A DNA stretch of 62,736 nucleotides, filler included, from Chlamydiales bacterium (GCA_016213235.1; 6 parts of 6 records of this genome joined end to end with filler, not necessarily neighbours in it), one strand, 5' to 3'. Counted from the first letter of the whole stretch, positions 1 to 10,954 are shown. Program-made: numbers and translations. The notes: generated by a model from the sequence alone, not told the origin.

Positions 1-79
1 CCCTCTTCCCGCTTTGGAGAATATATTTTTGATCGCAAGCGCAATTTTCTGTATTGCCTATGCGAAAGAGAAATAGATA
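1..79 (+). repeat. 79-bp exact direct repeat of 518-596
   Basis: ccctcttcccgc...gagaaatagata is identical at 1-79 and 518-596 (inside the S9 peptidase gene). Confidence 0.9.
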
Positions 80-169
80 TTATTAAAGCCTCTTTAGATA
101 AGATTGAAAAAAACAACAAAAAGTACCCATCCGATCAATTTCAAAATACTCATCCAAGAAAAGGTTAAC

Positions 170-2056
170 ATGACTAAAATACAGCGACAACCATTTGGAT
201 CATGGCCATCTATTATTTCCTCTGATTTTATCACACAAAATACAAAGGTATTTCAAGAGTTGCAATACGATCTATTTACCTCTTCTCTTTATTGGATAGA
301 AGGAATACCAGAAGAAAAGGGAAGATGCGCAATCGTATCTTATAAAAAGGGAGATCAAACGCAACATCTACCATCGCTTTTTTCTGCGAAAACAAAGATC
401 CATGAATATGGCGGTGGAAGCTTTTGTGTAGCAAATGACTCTGTTTTTTTTACTAACTATGAAGATCAAAATATCTACTGCATTAAAGGGGAAACAATCA
501 CTTGCATTACACAAGACCCCTCTTCCCGCTTTGGAGAATATATTTTTGATCGCAAGCGCAATTTTCTGTATTGCCTATGCGAAAGAGAAATAGATAACAA
601 AGTTGTTCATCTGATTGTCAAAATCGATCTTTTTACTAAGCAGGTGTCCGACTTTTTTACAGGATATGATTTCTTTTCCTCTTTAGCTATTCGTGATGAT
701 GGGAATGCTATTTGCTTTGTTTGTTGGAATTTTCCCAATATGCCATGGGATGAATCTTATTTAATCGAGCTCCATTTATCTGAGCAAGGAGACATACTCT
801 CCATTCAAGAAGTAGTGAAAAAACCAAATATTTCCATTTGTTTGCCTTCCTATCACAATCATCATGTATATTACCTTAGTGATGAATCTGGCTTTTGGAA
901 TCTTTACATTGTCCATGATGAAACAGAAAAGCAACTCTCTTTTTTACATGCAGACATTGGCATCCCTGTTTGGGTTTTAGGGCAGCGTCGCTATTGTTTT
1001 ACCGATCAGTATATTGCACTTATTTATACAGAAAAAGGAGTGGATCAACTAGGACTTATCGATCTTTTATCTCTAGACTTTAACACTTTTGATACTCCCT
1101 ATACTTTTATTAAAAATATCTGCAGCGATGGAGAACATCTCTATTTTATAGGGTCTAATCTGACTACTCCTGCAGAAATTGTAAAAATTAATCTACAAAA
1201 TTTAGCAACTACAGTTATCAAAAAATCCAAAGAACTAACCGTTGATCCTTCTTATTTTTCTCACCCGACTCTAATCGAGTTCCCCTCCTCTCAGGGACTT
1301 GTTTATGGTATTTTCTATCCTCCCCACCATCCACAGTACCGAGGAATGGAAAATGAACTACCTCCTGTAATTTTTAAAGCGCACGGAGGTCCAACTAGCC
1401 ATGTACCTCTTGCATTTGATGCGGAAGCTCAATTTTTTACTTCTAGAGGATTTGGATATTGCTCGATCAACTATGGAGGAAGTTCTGGTTTTGGTAGAAA
1501 GTATAGAGAGAGATTGAAAGGAAATTGGGGCATTGTTGATGTACAAGATATGATACAAGGAGCAAGCTACTTAACTCATGAAAAAAAAGCAGACTCCAAT
1601 CGTCTCATCATTAAAGGGGGAAGCGCAGGAGGGTTTACCACTCTTAGCGTTTTATCACAAACAACATTATTTCAAGCAGGTGTTTTTTATTATGGTGTAG
1701 CAGATGTTACCTTGCTTGCAGAACATACCCACTCGTTTGAATCTAGATACTTGGATCAGTTAATTGGCCCCTATCCACTAAAAAAAGCCTTATATGAAAC
1801 CAGATCTCCCATTCATCATATTGATAAAATTACGGCTTCTATGCTCTTATTTCAAGGGGGAAAAGATAAAGTAGTACCACCTAAGCAAACGCAAATGGTC
1901 CATGATGCCCTTGTAAAAAGGGGCACCCCTGTTACTTATATCTTCTTTGAAGAAGAGGGTCATGGGTTTGTACAATCAGGAAATATCAAAGCAGCAATAG
2001 AAGCAGAATTATCCTTTTATAAAGAAGTTTTTTCTCTTGAACCAAAAAGAACTTGA
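170..2056 (+). CDS. S9 family serine peptidase (prolyl oligopeptidase/acylaminoacyl peptidase-like)
   Basis: N-terminal PFGSWPS, HGGPT, nucleophile GGSAGG, QGGKDKVV Asp, EGHGF His; ATG 170 preferred over TTG 104. Confidence 0.9.
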   Translation: MTKIQRQPFGSWPSIISSDFITQNTKVFQELQYDLFTSSLYWIEGIPEEKGRCAIVSYKKGDQTQHLPSLFSAKTKIHEYGGGSFCVANDSVFFTNYEDQNIYCIKGETITCITQDPSSRFGEYIFDRKRNFLYCLCEREIDNKVVHLIVKIDLFTKQVSDFFTGYDFFSSLAIRDDGNAICFVCWNFPNMPWDESYLIELHLSEQGDILSIQEVVKKPNISICLPSYHNHHVYYLSDESGFWNLYIVHDETEKQLSFLHADIGIPVWVLGQRRYCFTDQYIALIYTEKGVDQLGLIDLLSLDFNTFDTPYTFIKNICSDGEHLYFIGSNLTTPAEIVKINLQNLATTVIKKSKELTVDPSYFSHPTLIEFPSSQGLVYGIFYPPHHPQYRGMENELPPVIFKAHGGPTSHVPLAFDAEAQFFTSRGFGYCSINYGGSSGFGRKYRERLKGNWGIVDVQDMIQGASYLTHEKKADSNRLIIKGGSAGGFTTLSVLSQTTLFQAGVFYYGVADVTLLAEHTHSFESRYLDQLIGPYPLKKALYETRSPIHHIDKITASMLLFQGGKDKVVPPKQTQMVHDALVKRGTPVTYIFFEEEGHGFVQSGNIKAAIEAELSFYKEVFSLEPKRT

Positions 2057-2112
2057 TCTTGTAAAAAAAATCCCTTAGCGTGAGGTTTAAAAACCAAGTT
2101 AGATGATGATCA

Positions 2113-3357
2113 ATGGACTCAAATAAACGATGGCGTAAAAGCCAATCTTTCCCTATTTTTCTTGTCTTATTTTTAGGTTATATTGGCTATTCGATTGTGC
2201 TGCCTATTTTTGCTCCTATGTTGTTCGATCCAAATCATGGGCTTTTACCTAGTTATCATAAGGAGTCTACCCGAAGTATCATTTTAGGAACATTGATAGC
2301 CATGTACCCCTTAGGACAAATCATTGGGTGTCCTTTACTTGGCAAACTATCCGATATTCATGGGAGAAGAAAGGTTCTTCTTATTTCTCTTGGCTTGATT
2401 ATTCCTGGTTATGTTTTATCTGGTCTTGCCATCTCTACCAATCATCTTTCTTTATTGTTTATCTCTCGATTTCTTATTGGACTTTGCGAGGGTAATATTG
2501 TTATTGCAACCGCTTCTATTGCTGATATTAGTAATACTCACTTAAACAAGGTAAAAAATTTTGGATGGATTACAACAATTAGCAGTAGTGGTTTTGTTAT
2601 AGGACCACTGCTTGGAGGAAAACTGGCTGATTCCAAGATCATATCATGGTGCAGTTATGCTACCCCTTTTTACCTATCTGCAGTTGTTGTGGTAATTGCC
2701 CTTATTTGTGTCTATTATCTTTTTGAAGAAACAAAGCCACCTCAGCGACATCTGCCTTTTAGCCCCATGAGAGAGTTAAAAGGAATGTACCACGCATTAA
2801 CTTATAAAGAACTACAGCCTGTATTTTTTGGAAACTTTAATCTGTATATGTCTTTTTTCTTTTTCTTTGCTTTTTTGCCGGTAATATTAGTTAGACAATA
2901 TAATTTTGGAGCCTCTTTGCTTGCAGAGGCAGAAGCCTATCTTTCCTTGTGTATTTGCATTACCCCTATTTTCTATAGAAAGCTATCCAAATACCTCGCT
3001 TCTAACCAAGTCGCGGCTCTTTCTGGTTTTTTATTTTTTATCGGTGAAGTAATCCTGTTATTTGTAACGACACCACAAAGCCTTGTTGTTACCTTATTAT
3101 TACCATCTGTTTGTATTGCAGCAGGATTTACTTATTCCAGCTTGATGATATCGGATAGAGCATCTAAAGATAAGCAAGGTGAGGCTCTTGGTAGTAACCA
3201 ATCGATACTAGTATTAGCGGAATGTTTATCGGGACTACTCGGTGGCGTGTTAGCGGGCGTCTTCTTAAAACTACCTATTATCATTAGCGCCATCATGGCA
3301 CTTGTTTGTGGGTTTTGGATGACGTTTAAAGTGCAAAGCGAGATCATTAACGATTGA
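2113..3357 (+). CDS. MFS transporter (TetA/DHA1-like)
   Basis: About 12 hydrophobic segments; motif A GKLSDIHGRRK; GFVIGPLLGG motif C. Confidence 0.9.
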   Translation: MDSNKRWRKSQSFPIFLVLFLGYIGYSIVLPIFAPMLFDPNHGLLPSYHKESTRSIILGTLIAMYPLGQIIGCPLLGKLSDIHGRRKVLLISLGLIIPGYVLSGLAISTNHLSLLFISRFLIGLCEGNIVIATASIADISNTHLNKVKNFGWITTISSSGFVIGPLLGGKLADSKIISWCSYATPFYLSAVVVVIALICVYYLFEETKPPQRHLPFSPMRELKGMYHALTYKELQPVFFGNFNLYMSFFFFFAFLPVILVRQYNFGASLLAEAEAYLSLCICITPIFYRKLSKYLASNQVAALSGFLFFIGEVILLFVTTPQSLVVTLLLPSVCIAAGFTYSSLMISDRASKDKQGEALGSNQSILVLAECLSGLLGGVLAGVFLKLPIIISAIMALVCGFWMTFKVQSEIIND

Positions 3358-3456
3358 TCTCACTTTATTTTAGTCATTTACATTTAGTTCCCAGCAACTT
3401 TTAGTACCTCTTTTCTTTCTTAATTTAAAGACCAGTCCCACTAGTTTTTCTCAACA

Positions 3457-5010
3457 TTACCCATTTATCCTGGCCTTTATCTTCTCCCAGATGGGAACTT
3501 TAGCCTTTGAAGTCATTCTAAACCAAAGAGTCAGAAAAAACAGGAAAACACAAGCCCATATCATCACATAAAAGGAATCTAAAAGTGCTAGGAAAGCAGC
3601 TTGTCTATCTGCTATGTTGTTGATTGTTTGCCTTGCCATTTCATAGGTATAGCGCAACGATTGCAGTGTGCCTAGATTTTCCAGTGTAGAATCTTGAAAT
3701 ACATTCACAGTTTCCGCTATGCGCTCATGATGAAAAATGGTGCGCCTTTGCCAAATAGTGGTAAAGACAGCAGTTCCAATACCGCCAAAAAGGCTTCTTA
3801 CAAAATGAAAAATACCGAGGGCTCCTGGCATATCTTCTTGTGATATTCCTTTCATGGCAAGCAACATCATAGGAGCCGCGTATGTAGCAAAACCTATACC
3901 CATAAGAGCTCTAGATATGCCGATATGGACGATATCGACATTGGTAGTAAAGGTAAGGAAATAGACAAAAGATATAATAAAAAAGATCATAGTACACATG
4001 ATTAAAAGAAGTTCACCAAACAGATCAATCAACTTTGGAACTAGCGAAGATAGCAATACAGGAGCAATTCCAAGAGGAGCTATAGCAATTCCCGCCCAGT
4101 AAGCATCATATCCCATATAAGTTTGCAACCATAGAGGAATAAGCACGATAGATCCAAAATAAGAAGCATATAACACAGCCATGATAATGCAAGAGAGTGA
4201 AAAACTTCTAATTTTGAACACATGGAGTCGTAGAAACGGATTTTTCTTTATCAACTGATAAGGTATCAAATATATATAACAGAGTGAAAAAGTAATACAG
4301 AGAATGGTAATACGATGAGAGTTAAACCAATCCCACTCTTGCCCCTTATCTAAGAATATCTGCAAACATGTAGCAGCCACTGCAAATAAAAGGAAGCCAA
4401 CCCCGTCAAAGGGCATTTGTACTATTTTGCTCTCTCTTCTCTTTAAAATAAGGCCAATTCCTATCGTACAAATGACACCAATGGGAATGTTAATAAAAAA
4501 AATCCAGGGCCAGGTGTAATTCACACAAATCCAACCACCCACAACAGGGCCTACCACGGGAGCTACAATGATAATAAGGGCCCAAACAGCGATTGCCTTT
4601 GTTACTTTTTTGGGAGGATTAACCTCTCCAATAAAACCTTGTGACAGGGGAATCAGGGGACCGGCTACTAGTCCTTGAATAAACCGTCCGATCACAAGCA
4701 TAGGAAATGAGAGTGCGGCCCCACAAACCCAAGAAAGAAGCGTAAATAGAAAGATAGAGCTTACAAAAACCCTCACCCTTCCAAAGCGACTCGCAAGCCA
4801 TCCGGTTAAAGGAAGTCCAATTGCATTTCCTACTGCAAAAGCTGTGATCACATAGGTACCTTGATCGTTAGAAACAGCTAGATCTCCTGCGATATATGGT
4901 ATCGCTACGTTTGCAACGGAATAATCCAGTACATACATAAAAGCAGTAAGTGATATTAAGATGTTTAAAATAAGTAAGACAGGACCATCAAGATATTTGT
5001 TATCTGTCAT
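3457..5010 (-). CDS. emrB: DHA2 (EmrB/QacA) MFS efflux permease
   Basis: LDYSVANVAIPYIAGDL, GWLASRFGR, WPWIFFINIPIG, FLDKGQEWDWF. Confidence 0.88.
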   Translation of the reverse strand: MTDNKYLDGPVLLILNILISLTAFMYVLDYSVANVAIPYIAGDLAVSNDQGTYVITAFAVGNAIGLPLTGWLASRFGRVRVFVSSIFLFTLLSWVCGAALSFPMLVIGRFIQGLVAGPLIPLSQGFIGEVNPPKKVTKAIAVWALIIIVAPVVGPVVGGWICVNYTWPWIFFINIPIGVICTIGIGLILKRRESKIVQMPFDGVGFLLFAVAATCLQIFLDKGQEWDWFNSHRITILCITFSLCYIYLIPYQLIKKNPFLRLHVFKIRSFSLSCIIMAVLYASYFGSIVLIPLWLQTYMGYDAYWAGIAIAPLGIAPVLLSSLVPKLIDLFGELLLIMCTMIFFIISFVYFLTFTTNVDIVHIGISRALMGIGFATYAAPMMLLAMKGISQEDMPGALGIFHFVRSLFGGIGTAVFTTIWQRRTIFHHERIAETVNVFQDSTLENLGTLQSLRYTYEMARQTINNIADRQAAFLALLDSFYVMIWACVFLFFLTLWFRMTSKAKVPIWEKIKARING

Positions 5011-6200
5011 TACAACTCTAACCTTTCAATTACCTTATCTAAAGGAATAGATGCATTTTTCTTGATAATGTCTTGGATGATTGCATCTACTCCGTCTTGT
5101 TGATTCCCATATATATTCGTATAGTAAACAGGACTATCTCCCATATCTGATGGAACCCTTGCTCCATATTGATCATGGGTATCTACTGTAACATACATCG
5201 ACATGCCTATTCTAAGCGGAAATCTAGAAATCTCTACAGGGTCCAAATCAATTCTAACAGGGATTCTTTGTACAATTTTAATCCAGTTTCCTGTTGCATT
5301 TTGTGGAGGAATTAAAGAAAAAGCAGCGCCGGTCCCCCCATCAATTCCCACTACATGACCATTATACACGACTCCAGATCCATAAAGATCCGATGTTATC
5401 TTTACAAGCTGACCCATACGGACTTGTGATATATCCACTTCTCTAAAATTTGCTTCCACCCACATCTGGTTTAAGGGAACAACAGCCATCATTAAATCGA
5501 GTGGTTGTACAAAAGAACCTACTTGTACCACTCGTTTAGAAACAATACCATCGCATGGGGATTTGATCGTGCAGCGGCTAAGGTCTACAAAAGCTTTTTT
5601 CACCTCATTTGCATCTTTTATAACAAGCGGATGATTAGCTAATATTGTTCCTTGCAAAAGAGCATAAACTTGACTTAAACTTGCTTTTGCACTCTCTACC
5701 ATAGAAGTCGTTTCTTCCAAAAAGAGCTTTGCATGGATATACTCCTCTTTTGATACAGCGCCATCTTCTACAAGGTTTTTGCGATCTTCATAATCAATCT
5801 CTGCCTTCATTTTTTCTGTTTTTTTAGTGATTAAGTCTGCTTTTTTCTGATCATACTCTTCAAACAACTTGGAAACATCACGTACTGTATTTGCTAAATT
5901 AGCGCTCATCTCTTTAAAACGTATCTCAAAATCTGTTTTATCAATCTCGATTAAAATTTGACCTTCTTTTACATAGCGCATCGTGTCGGTATTTACACTA
6001 GAGACAATACCTGAAATTTGAGGGGAAATATTAACTAAGTTACCATGGACATAAGCATCATCTGTACTGTCTGTATATCTACCCCACCCATACCAATAAA
6101 TAATGATACAAAGAGTAGTTGCTATCACTATCGCAGTAAAATAGAGCATATAGCGCTTCATGCCGCCGTTGTTATTATGTACTGGTTGCTCATCTGCCAT
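5010..6200 (-). CDS. emrA: EmrA/HlyD periplasmic adaptor
   Basis: TDDAYVHGN, GTGAAFSLIPPQNATGNWIKIVQRIPVRI. Confidence 0.9.
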   Translation of the reverse strand: MADEQPVHNNNGGMKRYMLYFTAIVIATTLCIIIYWYGWGRYTDSTDDAYVHGNLVNISPQISGIVSSVNTDTMRYVKEGQILIEIDKTDFEIRFKEMSANLANTVRDVSKLFEEYDQKKADLITKKTEKMKAEIDYEDRKNLVEDGAVSKEEYIHAKLFLEETTSMVESAKASLSQVYALLQGTILANHPLVIKDANEVKKAFVDLSRCTIKSPCDGIVSKRVVQVGSFVQPLDLMMAVVPLNQMWVEANFREVDISQVRMGQLVKITSDLYGSGVVYNGHVVGIDGGTGAAFSLIPPQNATGNWIKIVQRIPVRIDLDPVEISRFPLRIGMSMYVTVDTHDQYGARVPSDMGDSPVYYTNIYGNQQDGVDAIIQDIIKKNASIPLDKVIERLEL

Positions 6201-7434
6201 GGTTTGCCTCTATAGTTATATCGATTGGTTGATAAAATCCTCCGCCTAGCGCCTTAATTAATAAAATGGTTTGCATCTGATGACTAAACTGCATATTCAC
6301 TAAGTTTATTTTTTCTCTATTCAGCTCAATATTTTTATCTATCACAGTGAGATAGCTATCAAGACCATGATTAAATCTAGATAGATGAAGGTTATAAATC
6401 GATATACTCTCTTCTACCACTTGCTCTCTTATCTCTGTATTGCGATATGTTTGTTTAAATTTGGTGATTTGATCCGACACTTCTTTTGCAGCCTCAAGTA
6501 GTAGGTTGTTATATTTATACACTTCCTGTTCAAAGAAAAAGAGTTTATTAGATAAATTGGCTTTTAATCTTCCTCCGGTAAACAATGGCAAATTTACAGT
6601 GGGATTAATCGTCCAAGTAAAACTACTTGCCGCAAATAAATTATTAAAATGAAAGCTTTGGAATCCCGCATTGGCAAATAAATTGACATCTGGATAAAAG
6701 AGTGTTCTTGCAACCCCTATTTCTTTTGATGCGGCATCAATGAGCCAGATTTGAGCGCTCAAATCTGGCCTTCTTGCAAGTAAATCAAGTCCTATCTGAT
6801 TTGGCAGGGCAAGAGGCTTTAATGTGTTATTGCCATTTAGCTCAATACAAAGCTTCTCTTCTGGCCCTTTCCCCATTAGCACATTAATGGCAGTCGTTGC
6901 TATCTTTTCATCTGCATAGGCTATTTCGAGTTGCTCTTTTGTATTATTCAATGCAATTTCTGCCTGGAATAGTTGCATTTCATTATCGACTCTATTCTTT
7001 ATTCTTTTTTTAATCAGCTGCACCAGGCTCTCTTGCTCCAGCATGACATCTGAGAGCAACTGGATATTCCATTTAGCTGCTAAAAGCGCAAAATACTGCG
7101 TAGCAAGCGTAGTGCTAACTATTAAATCAGCCTGTTTTTTTTCTGCTAATTCTGCATTTGCTCTTCCAAGCATTGCTTCATATGCTTTTCTATTTTTGCC
7201 CCAAAAATCAAATTCGTAGTTAAAATTAAGTCCAAGATTATTGATCAAGTTATTCGTTAGAGGAACACCAGGAATAACTAAATTTCCGTTTTTGCTCCAC
7301 TTTTCCGCCTGATCGGAAAATCCTGCATCCAGAGTTGGAAATAATTTAGATCTAACCACCAGTGCCTGCTGATATGCTGCCCTATATTTTGATTCTGCAC
7401 TTTTTAATGATGGATTATTATGAAGAGCCAGTTC
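6190..7434 (-). CDS. Efflux outer membrane factor (NodT/TolC family), 5'-truncated at contig end
   Basis: Frame open to the linker (ELALHNNPSL); YEFDFWGK, LLARRPDL, LIKALGGG. Confidence 0.88.
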   Translation of the reverse strand, partial: ELALHNNPSLKSAESKYRAAYQQALVVRSKLFPTLDAGFSDQAEKWSKNGNLVIPGVPLTNNLINNLGLNFNYEFDFWGKNRKAYEAMLGRANAELAEKKQADLIVSTTLATQYFALLAAKWNIQLLSDVMLEQESLVQLIKKRIKNRVDNEMQLFQAEIALNNTKEQLEIAYADEKIATTAINVLMGKGPEEKLCIELNGNNTLKPLALPNQIGLDLLARRPDLSAQIWLIDAASKEIGVARTLFYPDVNLFANAGFQSFHFNNLFAASSFTWTINPTVNLPLFTGGRLKANLSNKLFFFEQEVYKYNNLLLEAAKEVSDQITKFKQTYRNTEIREQVVEESISIYNLHLSRFNHGLDSYLTVIDKNIELNREKINLVNMQFSHQMQTILLIKALGGGFYQPIDITIEANHGR

Positions 7435-7435
7435 G

Positions 7436-7535
7436 NNNNNNNNNNNNNNNNNNNNNNNNNNNNNNNNNNNNNNNNNNNNTTAATTAATTAANNNNNNNNN
7501 NNNNNNNNNNNNNNNNNNNNNNNNNNNNNNNNNNN
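7436..7535. other. Artificial contig linker
   Basis: N-run, TTAATTAATTAA, N-run; 100 nt. Confidence 0.99.
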
Positions 7536-7536
7536 A

Positions 7537-7797
7537 ATCATATTAAATAAAGAGTCTGATGAAGATGATGCAGAGCATAGTCTCCAGCATCATATAGAAT
7601 CTCTACATCCGGTTGATTATATTGATATTCACCTTCTTGATGATAGGACGCTGGCAAGCTTCATTCAATTTATTAAAGGGTTCTTTTATGCAGCTACCAA
7701 GCAAAAAACAGCATCGGTTATTAGCACTATACAACAACCCGTGATCGCAGGAAAATTAGCAGAAGAGATCGTCCTTAGACCGATATTAAATCGGTAA
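7537..7797 (+). CDS. 3' fragment of hypothetical protein
   Basis: Open frame from contig start (IILNKESDEDD...IVLRPILNR*). Confidence 0.55.
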   Translation: MILNKESDEDDAEHSLQHHIESLHPVDYIDIHLLDDRTLASFIQFIKGFFYAATKQKTASVISTIQQPVIAGKLAEEIVLRPILNR

Positions 7798-7866
7798 AAA
7801 TTCTCATTGTTTTTTGACAAACATATGTAAAATCATATACATTTTTCCTTTTTTTTTGAGAAAAGC

Positions 7867-8751
7867 ATGCAACCTGATTCTATTGACATTTCTTTTTATC
7901 AAACGCGGCTCCATCTTCAAGCAGCTGTTTTTACCCGTATTGCTCATGAGGATGCAATGGTTGCAATCGTCTACAAAGTGACCCAACCCAATAAAAATGC
8001 GTTAATTTTAAAAATTTGTGAGCGAATAAGTGATTACTTACGCGAGATATATTTTCTAAAGCACTTCTTAGGAAAAATTCCAGTACCCAACATAATAGAA
8101 GTGGTGCCACCTGAACAAGAGATGCCTGGCGCAATTTTAATGGAATGCTTGCCTGGAACACTTCTTAAACCAAGCGATATTACAGAGTCACTTGCTTACG
8201 AACTCGGACAGAATTTCGCATCTATCCATCTAAATCGTTTAGCAGGATATGGAGATCCTATTCTGAACCAGTTGAATGATGATCCCAAGATTTATTTTAC
8301 TTTTAAATTTAACGAGGGTCTTGATGAATGTAGGAACCATTTACCTATGAGCTTATTGAAAGCCTGTCATCGCTACTATGAATCACATCTTGATCTTTTA
8401 TCCTCTGTAGATGGTCCCTGTATTGTTCATCGTGATTTTCGTCCTGGTAATCTCATTGTACATGAAGGTAAGCTTCAGGGAATCATTGATTGGGCTGGAG
8501 CTCGCGGAAGCTTTGCAGAAGAAGACTTTTGCTCTTTAGAACATGGAAAATGGTTAAACAATAACAAAACATCCTTTTTATTAGGTTATGCTACTATTCG
8601 CTGTGTCCCTAACTATATCCCTTTAATCCCGTTTCTACGCGTAAATAAAGCAATTGCTACGATTGGATTTACTGTCAAACGTGGCACCTATGAAACAAGT
8701 GATGCACGCATCTATCAATTTAACCGCCAATTTCTTGAAGGTTTTTTTTAA
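7867..8751 (+). CDS. APH/choline kinase-like phosphotransferase
   Basis: Brenner motif VHRDFRPGN and GIIDW. Confidence 0.85.
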   Translation: MQPDSIDISFYQTRLHLQAAVFTRIAHEDAMVAIVYKVTQPNKNALILKICERISDYLREIYFLKHFLGKIPVPNIIEVVPPEQEMPGAILMECLPGTLLKPSDITESLAYELGQNFASIHLNRLAGYGDPILNQLNDDPKIYFTFKFNEGLDECRNHLPMSLLKACHRYYESHLDLLSSVDGPCIVHRDFRPGNLIVHEGKLQGIIDWAGARGSFAEEDFCSLEHGKWLNNNKTSFLLGYATIRCVPNYIPLIPFLRVNKAIATIGFTVKRGTYETSDARIYQFNRQFLEGFF

Positions 8752-8826
8752 GAAGATACTTCCAAGGCTGCTTGCACTTAAACGTCATTCCAAGTATTTT
8801 GCTATATAAAGATTCAAACGATCCCT

Positions 8827-9942
8827 ATGGCAAAACCTAAGAGCATTTTTGTTGCATCCACCGGTCAAAATATTGGAAAAACAACCTGCTCACTCGGGAT
8901 ATATTCAGGTCTTAGTAAGCGCTTTTCAAGCGTTGGTTTTATTAAACCAGTTGGGCAACAACATGTTGAAATCTCTCCCGGGGTATTCGTTGATAAAGAT
9001 GTCGCTTTGTTTCAAGATCAGTTCCATATTCTTGATGATCCCAGCCTTATGTCTCCTGTTTTATTTCCAAGAGGCTTTACCAAAGACTTTCTCGATGGCA
9101 AAGTAAGTCAATATGAATTGATTCACAAAATACACTCTTCTTATGCCCATTTATCAAAATTCCACGACGCTATGTTAATCGAAGGAACAGGCCATGTAGG
9201 CGTTGGCTCGATTGTAGGACTAAACAATGCAAAGGTAGCATCTTTATTGAATGTTCAAATGATATTAATTGTCGCAGGAGGGCTTGGTTCTGCTTTTGAT
9301 AGTTTAGCATTGAACAAGCAGATGTGTGATTATATGGGTGTAAACATCGCAGGTATTATTCTCAATAAGGTGATTGAAGAAAAACAAGAGATGGTCCTGG
9401 AGTATATGCATAAAGCTTTAAGAGACTGGAAAATACCTATTATTGGGTGCGTGCCTTTTGATGCTTTTTTAGTTAATCCTTGTATGCAAGATTTTGAAAT
9501 GCTACTACGCACGGAGCTATTAAGTGGCATAGAGCACCGCTATCGACATTTTGATCATATTCGATTAATAGCTACAACAGTAGATGTATACAAAAAACTA
9601 GTATCTCCTTCACAACTGATTATTACACCGGGATCTCGCGTTGATATTATTGAAGAAACGATTCACCAGCACTGGCAATATCACAAAAGAGAGAAAGATC
9701 TAAAAGCTGGACTGATTTTAACAGGAAGCATTCCCCCATCTGCAAAACTACTAGCAGAAATCAAGAAAGCTAAAATTCCCCTTCTTTATGCACCTATCAA
9801 TAGTTTTGAAGTAATGAAAATGATCAACTCTTACACCCTTAAACTTCAAAAAGAAGATAAAGAAAAAATAAAAGAGGCTATCGATGTTGTAGAAAGTCAT
9901 ATCGATTTTGACTTTTTAACCTCTATCATGCACTTAAACTAA
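8827..9942 (+). CDS. BioD-like P-loop + DRTGG protein (stand-alone Pta N-terminal-like)
   Basis: STGQNIGKT, GFIKPVGQ, IEGTGH, GIILNKV; C-terminal IITPGSRVDI and GLILTG. Confidence 0.8.
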   Translation: MAKPKSIFVASTGQNIGKTTCSLGIYSGLSKRFSSVGFIKPVGQQHVEISPGVFVDKDVALFQDQFHILDDPSLMSPVLFPRGFTKDFLDGKVSQYELIHKIHSSYAHLSKFHDAMLIEGTGHVGVGSIVGLNNAKVASLLNVQMILIVAGGLGSAFDSLALNKQMCDYMGVNIAGIILNKVIEEKQEMVLEYMHKALRDWKIPIIGCVPFDAFLVNPCMQDFEMLLRTELLSGIEHRYRHFDHIRLIATTVDVYKKLVSPSQLIITPGSRVDIIEETIHQHWQYHKREKDLKAGLILTGSIPPSAKLLAEIKKAKIPLLYAPINSFEVMKMINSYTLKLQKEDKEKIKEAIDVVESHIDFDFLTSIMHLN

Positions 9943-10954
9943 TCATCCATCTTTTTATCTGATCTGCTAAATGCTCTGCTGATACACTTTTCACACACGG
10001 CGCTAAAATACAACTTCTTAAATAGTTGCACCTTTTATGAAAGGTCTGTCCAAAAGGACATGCGCCTTGGAACGAGGCGTTGCTTTTTGAGTTAATCCCA
10101 TATACTTGAGAAGAAGAAGGGCCAAATATACTAAACGTGGGTATCTGTGTAAGAAACGCTAAGTGTAGCAGGGAAGAATCAACTCCAATAAAGCCTTTTG
10201 CTTGCAACATCAGTTGCTGCACTACCGGGAGCGTCCTATTACCAACTGATTGCCCTTTTTTTAATTTGGTTACCATATCACTTGCTCGTATCGACTCTTC
10301 CTCTCCCTGATAGAGAAGCACAAAACAGACTCCAAGTTGACTTTCTAGCTGCACAAGCACATCTACAAGCACGTCATCTTTTAGTTGTTTATTGTTCCAT
10401 TTAGAAGCAAATCCAACTAAAAATGTACTCTTATATGATACATGTTTTAACTGATCCAGGTTATGTTGTTCATCTGCTGAAACCTTCAGCAATATCTGTG
10501 TTAATGAAAATATCGCCTTATCTTGGTAATACTTTTTTATCACTTCTAAGTATTGTAAATGCATGGATAAAGAAGTATCTACCTTTATTTTATGATAGGT
10601 ACCAAGGCCATTTGGCCACTCTGCAAGTTGTGACCATGCAAACCCAATCTTTTTCTTAGAAGAGGCAAAAAAAGTTCCAAGAAGTGCTTTACAATTCCCC
10701 TGCAGGTCAAATACTACATCGTATTTTTTGCATCGCAGCTTTCGTACAAATGGGATGATTTCTTGTTTTAATTGCTTTGTATTGATAGCAATAATGCCAT
10801 TAATATCGGGACTCGCTCTTGCTATCTCTATCCACCTTTTGTCTACGACAATATCAATGGATGCGGTGGGAAAACGATTTTTTAAGTACTGCAGAGCAAA
10901 GAATGATTGCATGATGTCTCCAAGCGATGACATCTTTACAATTAAAATCTGCAA
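9926..10954 (-). CDS. Glycosyltransferase family 9 (LPS heptosyltransferase-like)
   Basis: ILIVKMSSLGD, YDVVFDLQG, IGVDSSLLHLA, IFGPS. Confidence 0.85.
   Translation of the reverse strand: MQILIVKMSSLGDIMQSFFALQYLKNRFPTASIDIVVDKRWIEIARASPDINGIIAINTKQLKQEIIPFVRKLRCKKYDVVFDLQGNCKALLGTFFASSKKKIGFAWSQLAEWPNGLGTYHKIKVDTSLSMHLQYLEVIKKYYQDKAIFSLTQILLKVSADEQHNLDQLKHVSYKSTFLVGFASKWNNKQLKDDVLVDVLVQLESQLGVCFVLLYQGEEESIRASDMVTKLKKGQSVGNRTLPVVQQLMLQAKGFIGVDSSLLHLAFLTQIPTFSIFGPSSSQVYGINSKSNASFQGACPFGQTFHKRCNYLRSCILAPCVKSVSAEHLADQIKRWMISLSA

Noticed and set aside
2113..8751. MFS + EmrAB-OMF + APH-like genes as a resistance island
   Set aside because: The APH-like gene is on a different contig, there are no mobility signals, and these families are common without a resistance role.
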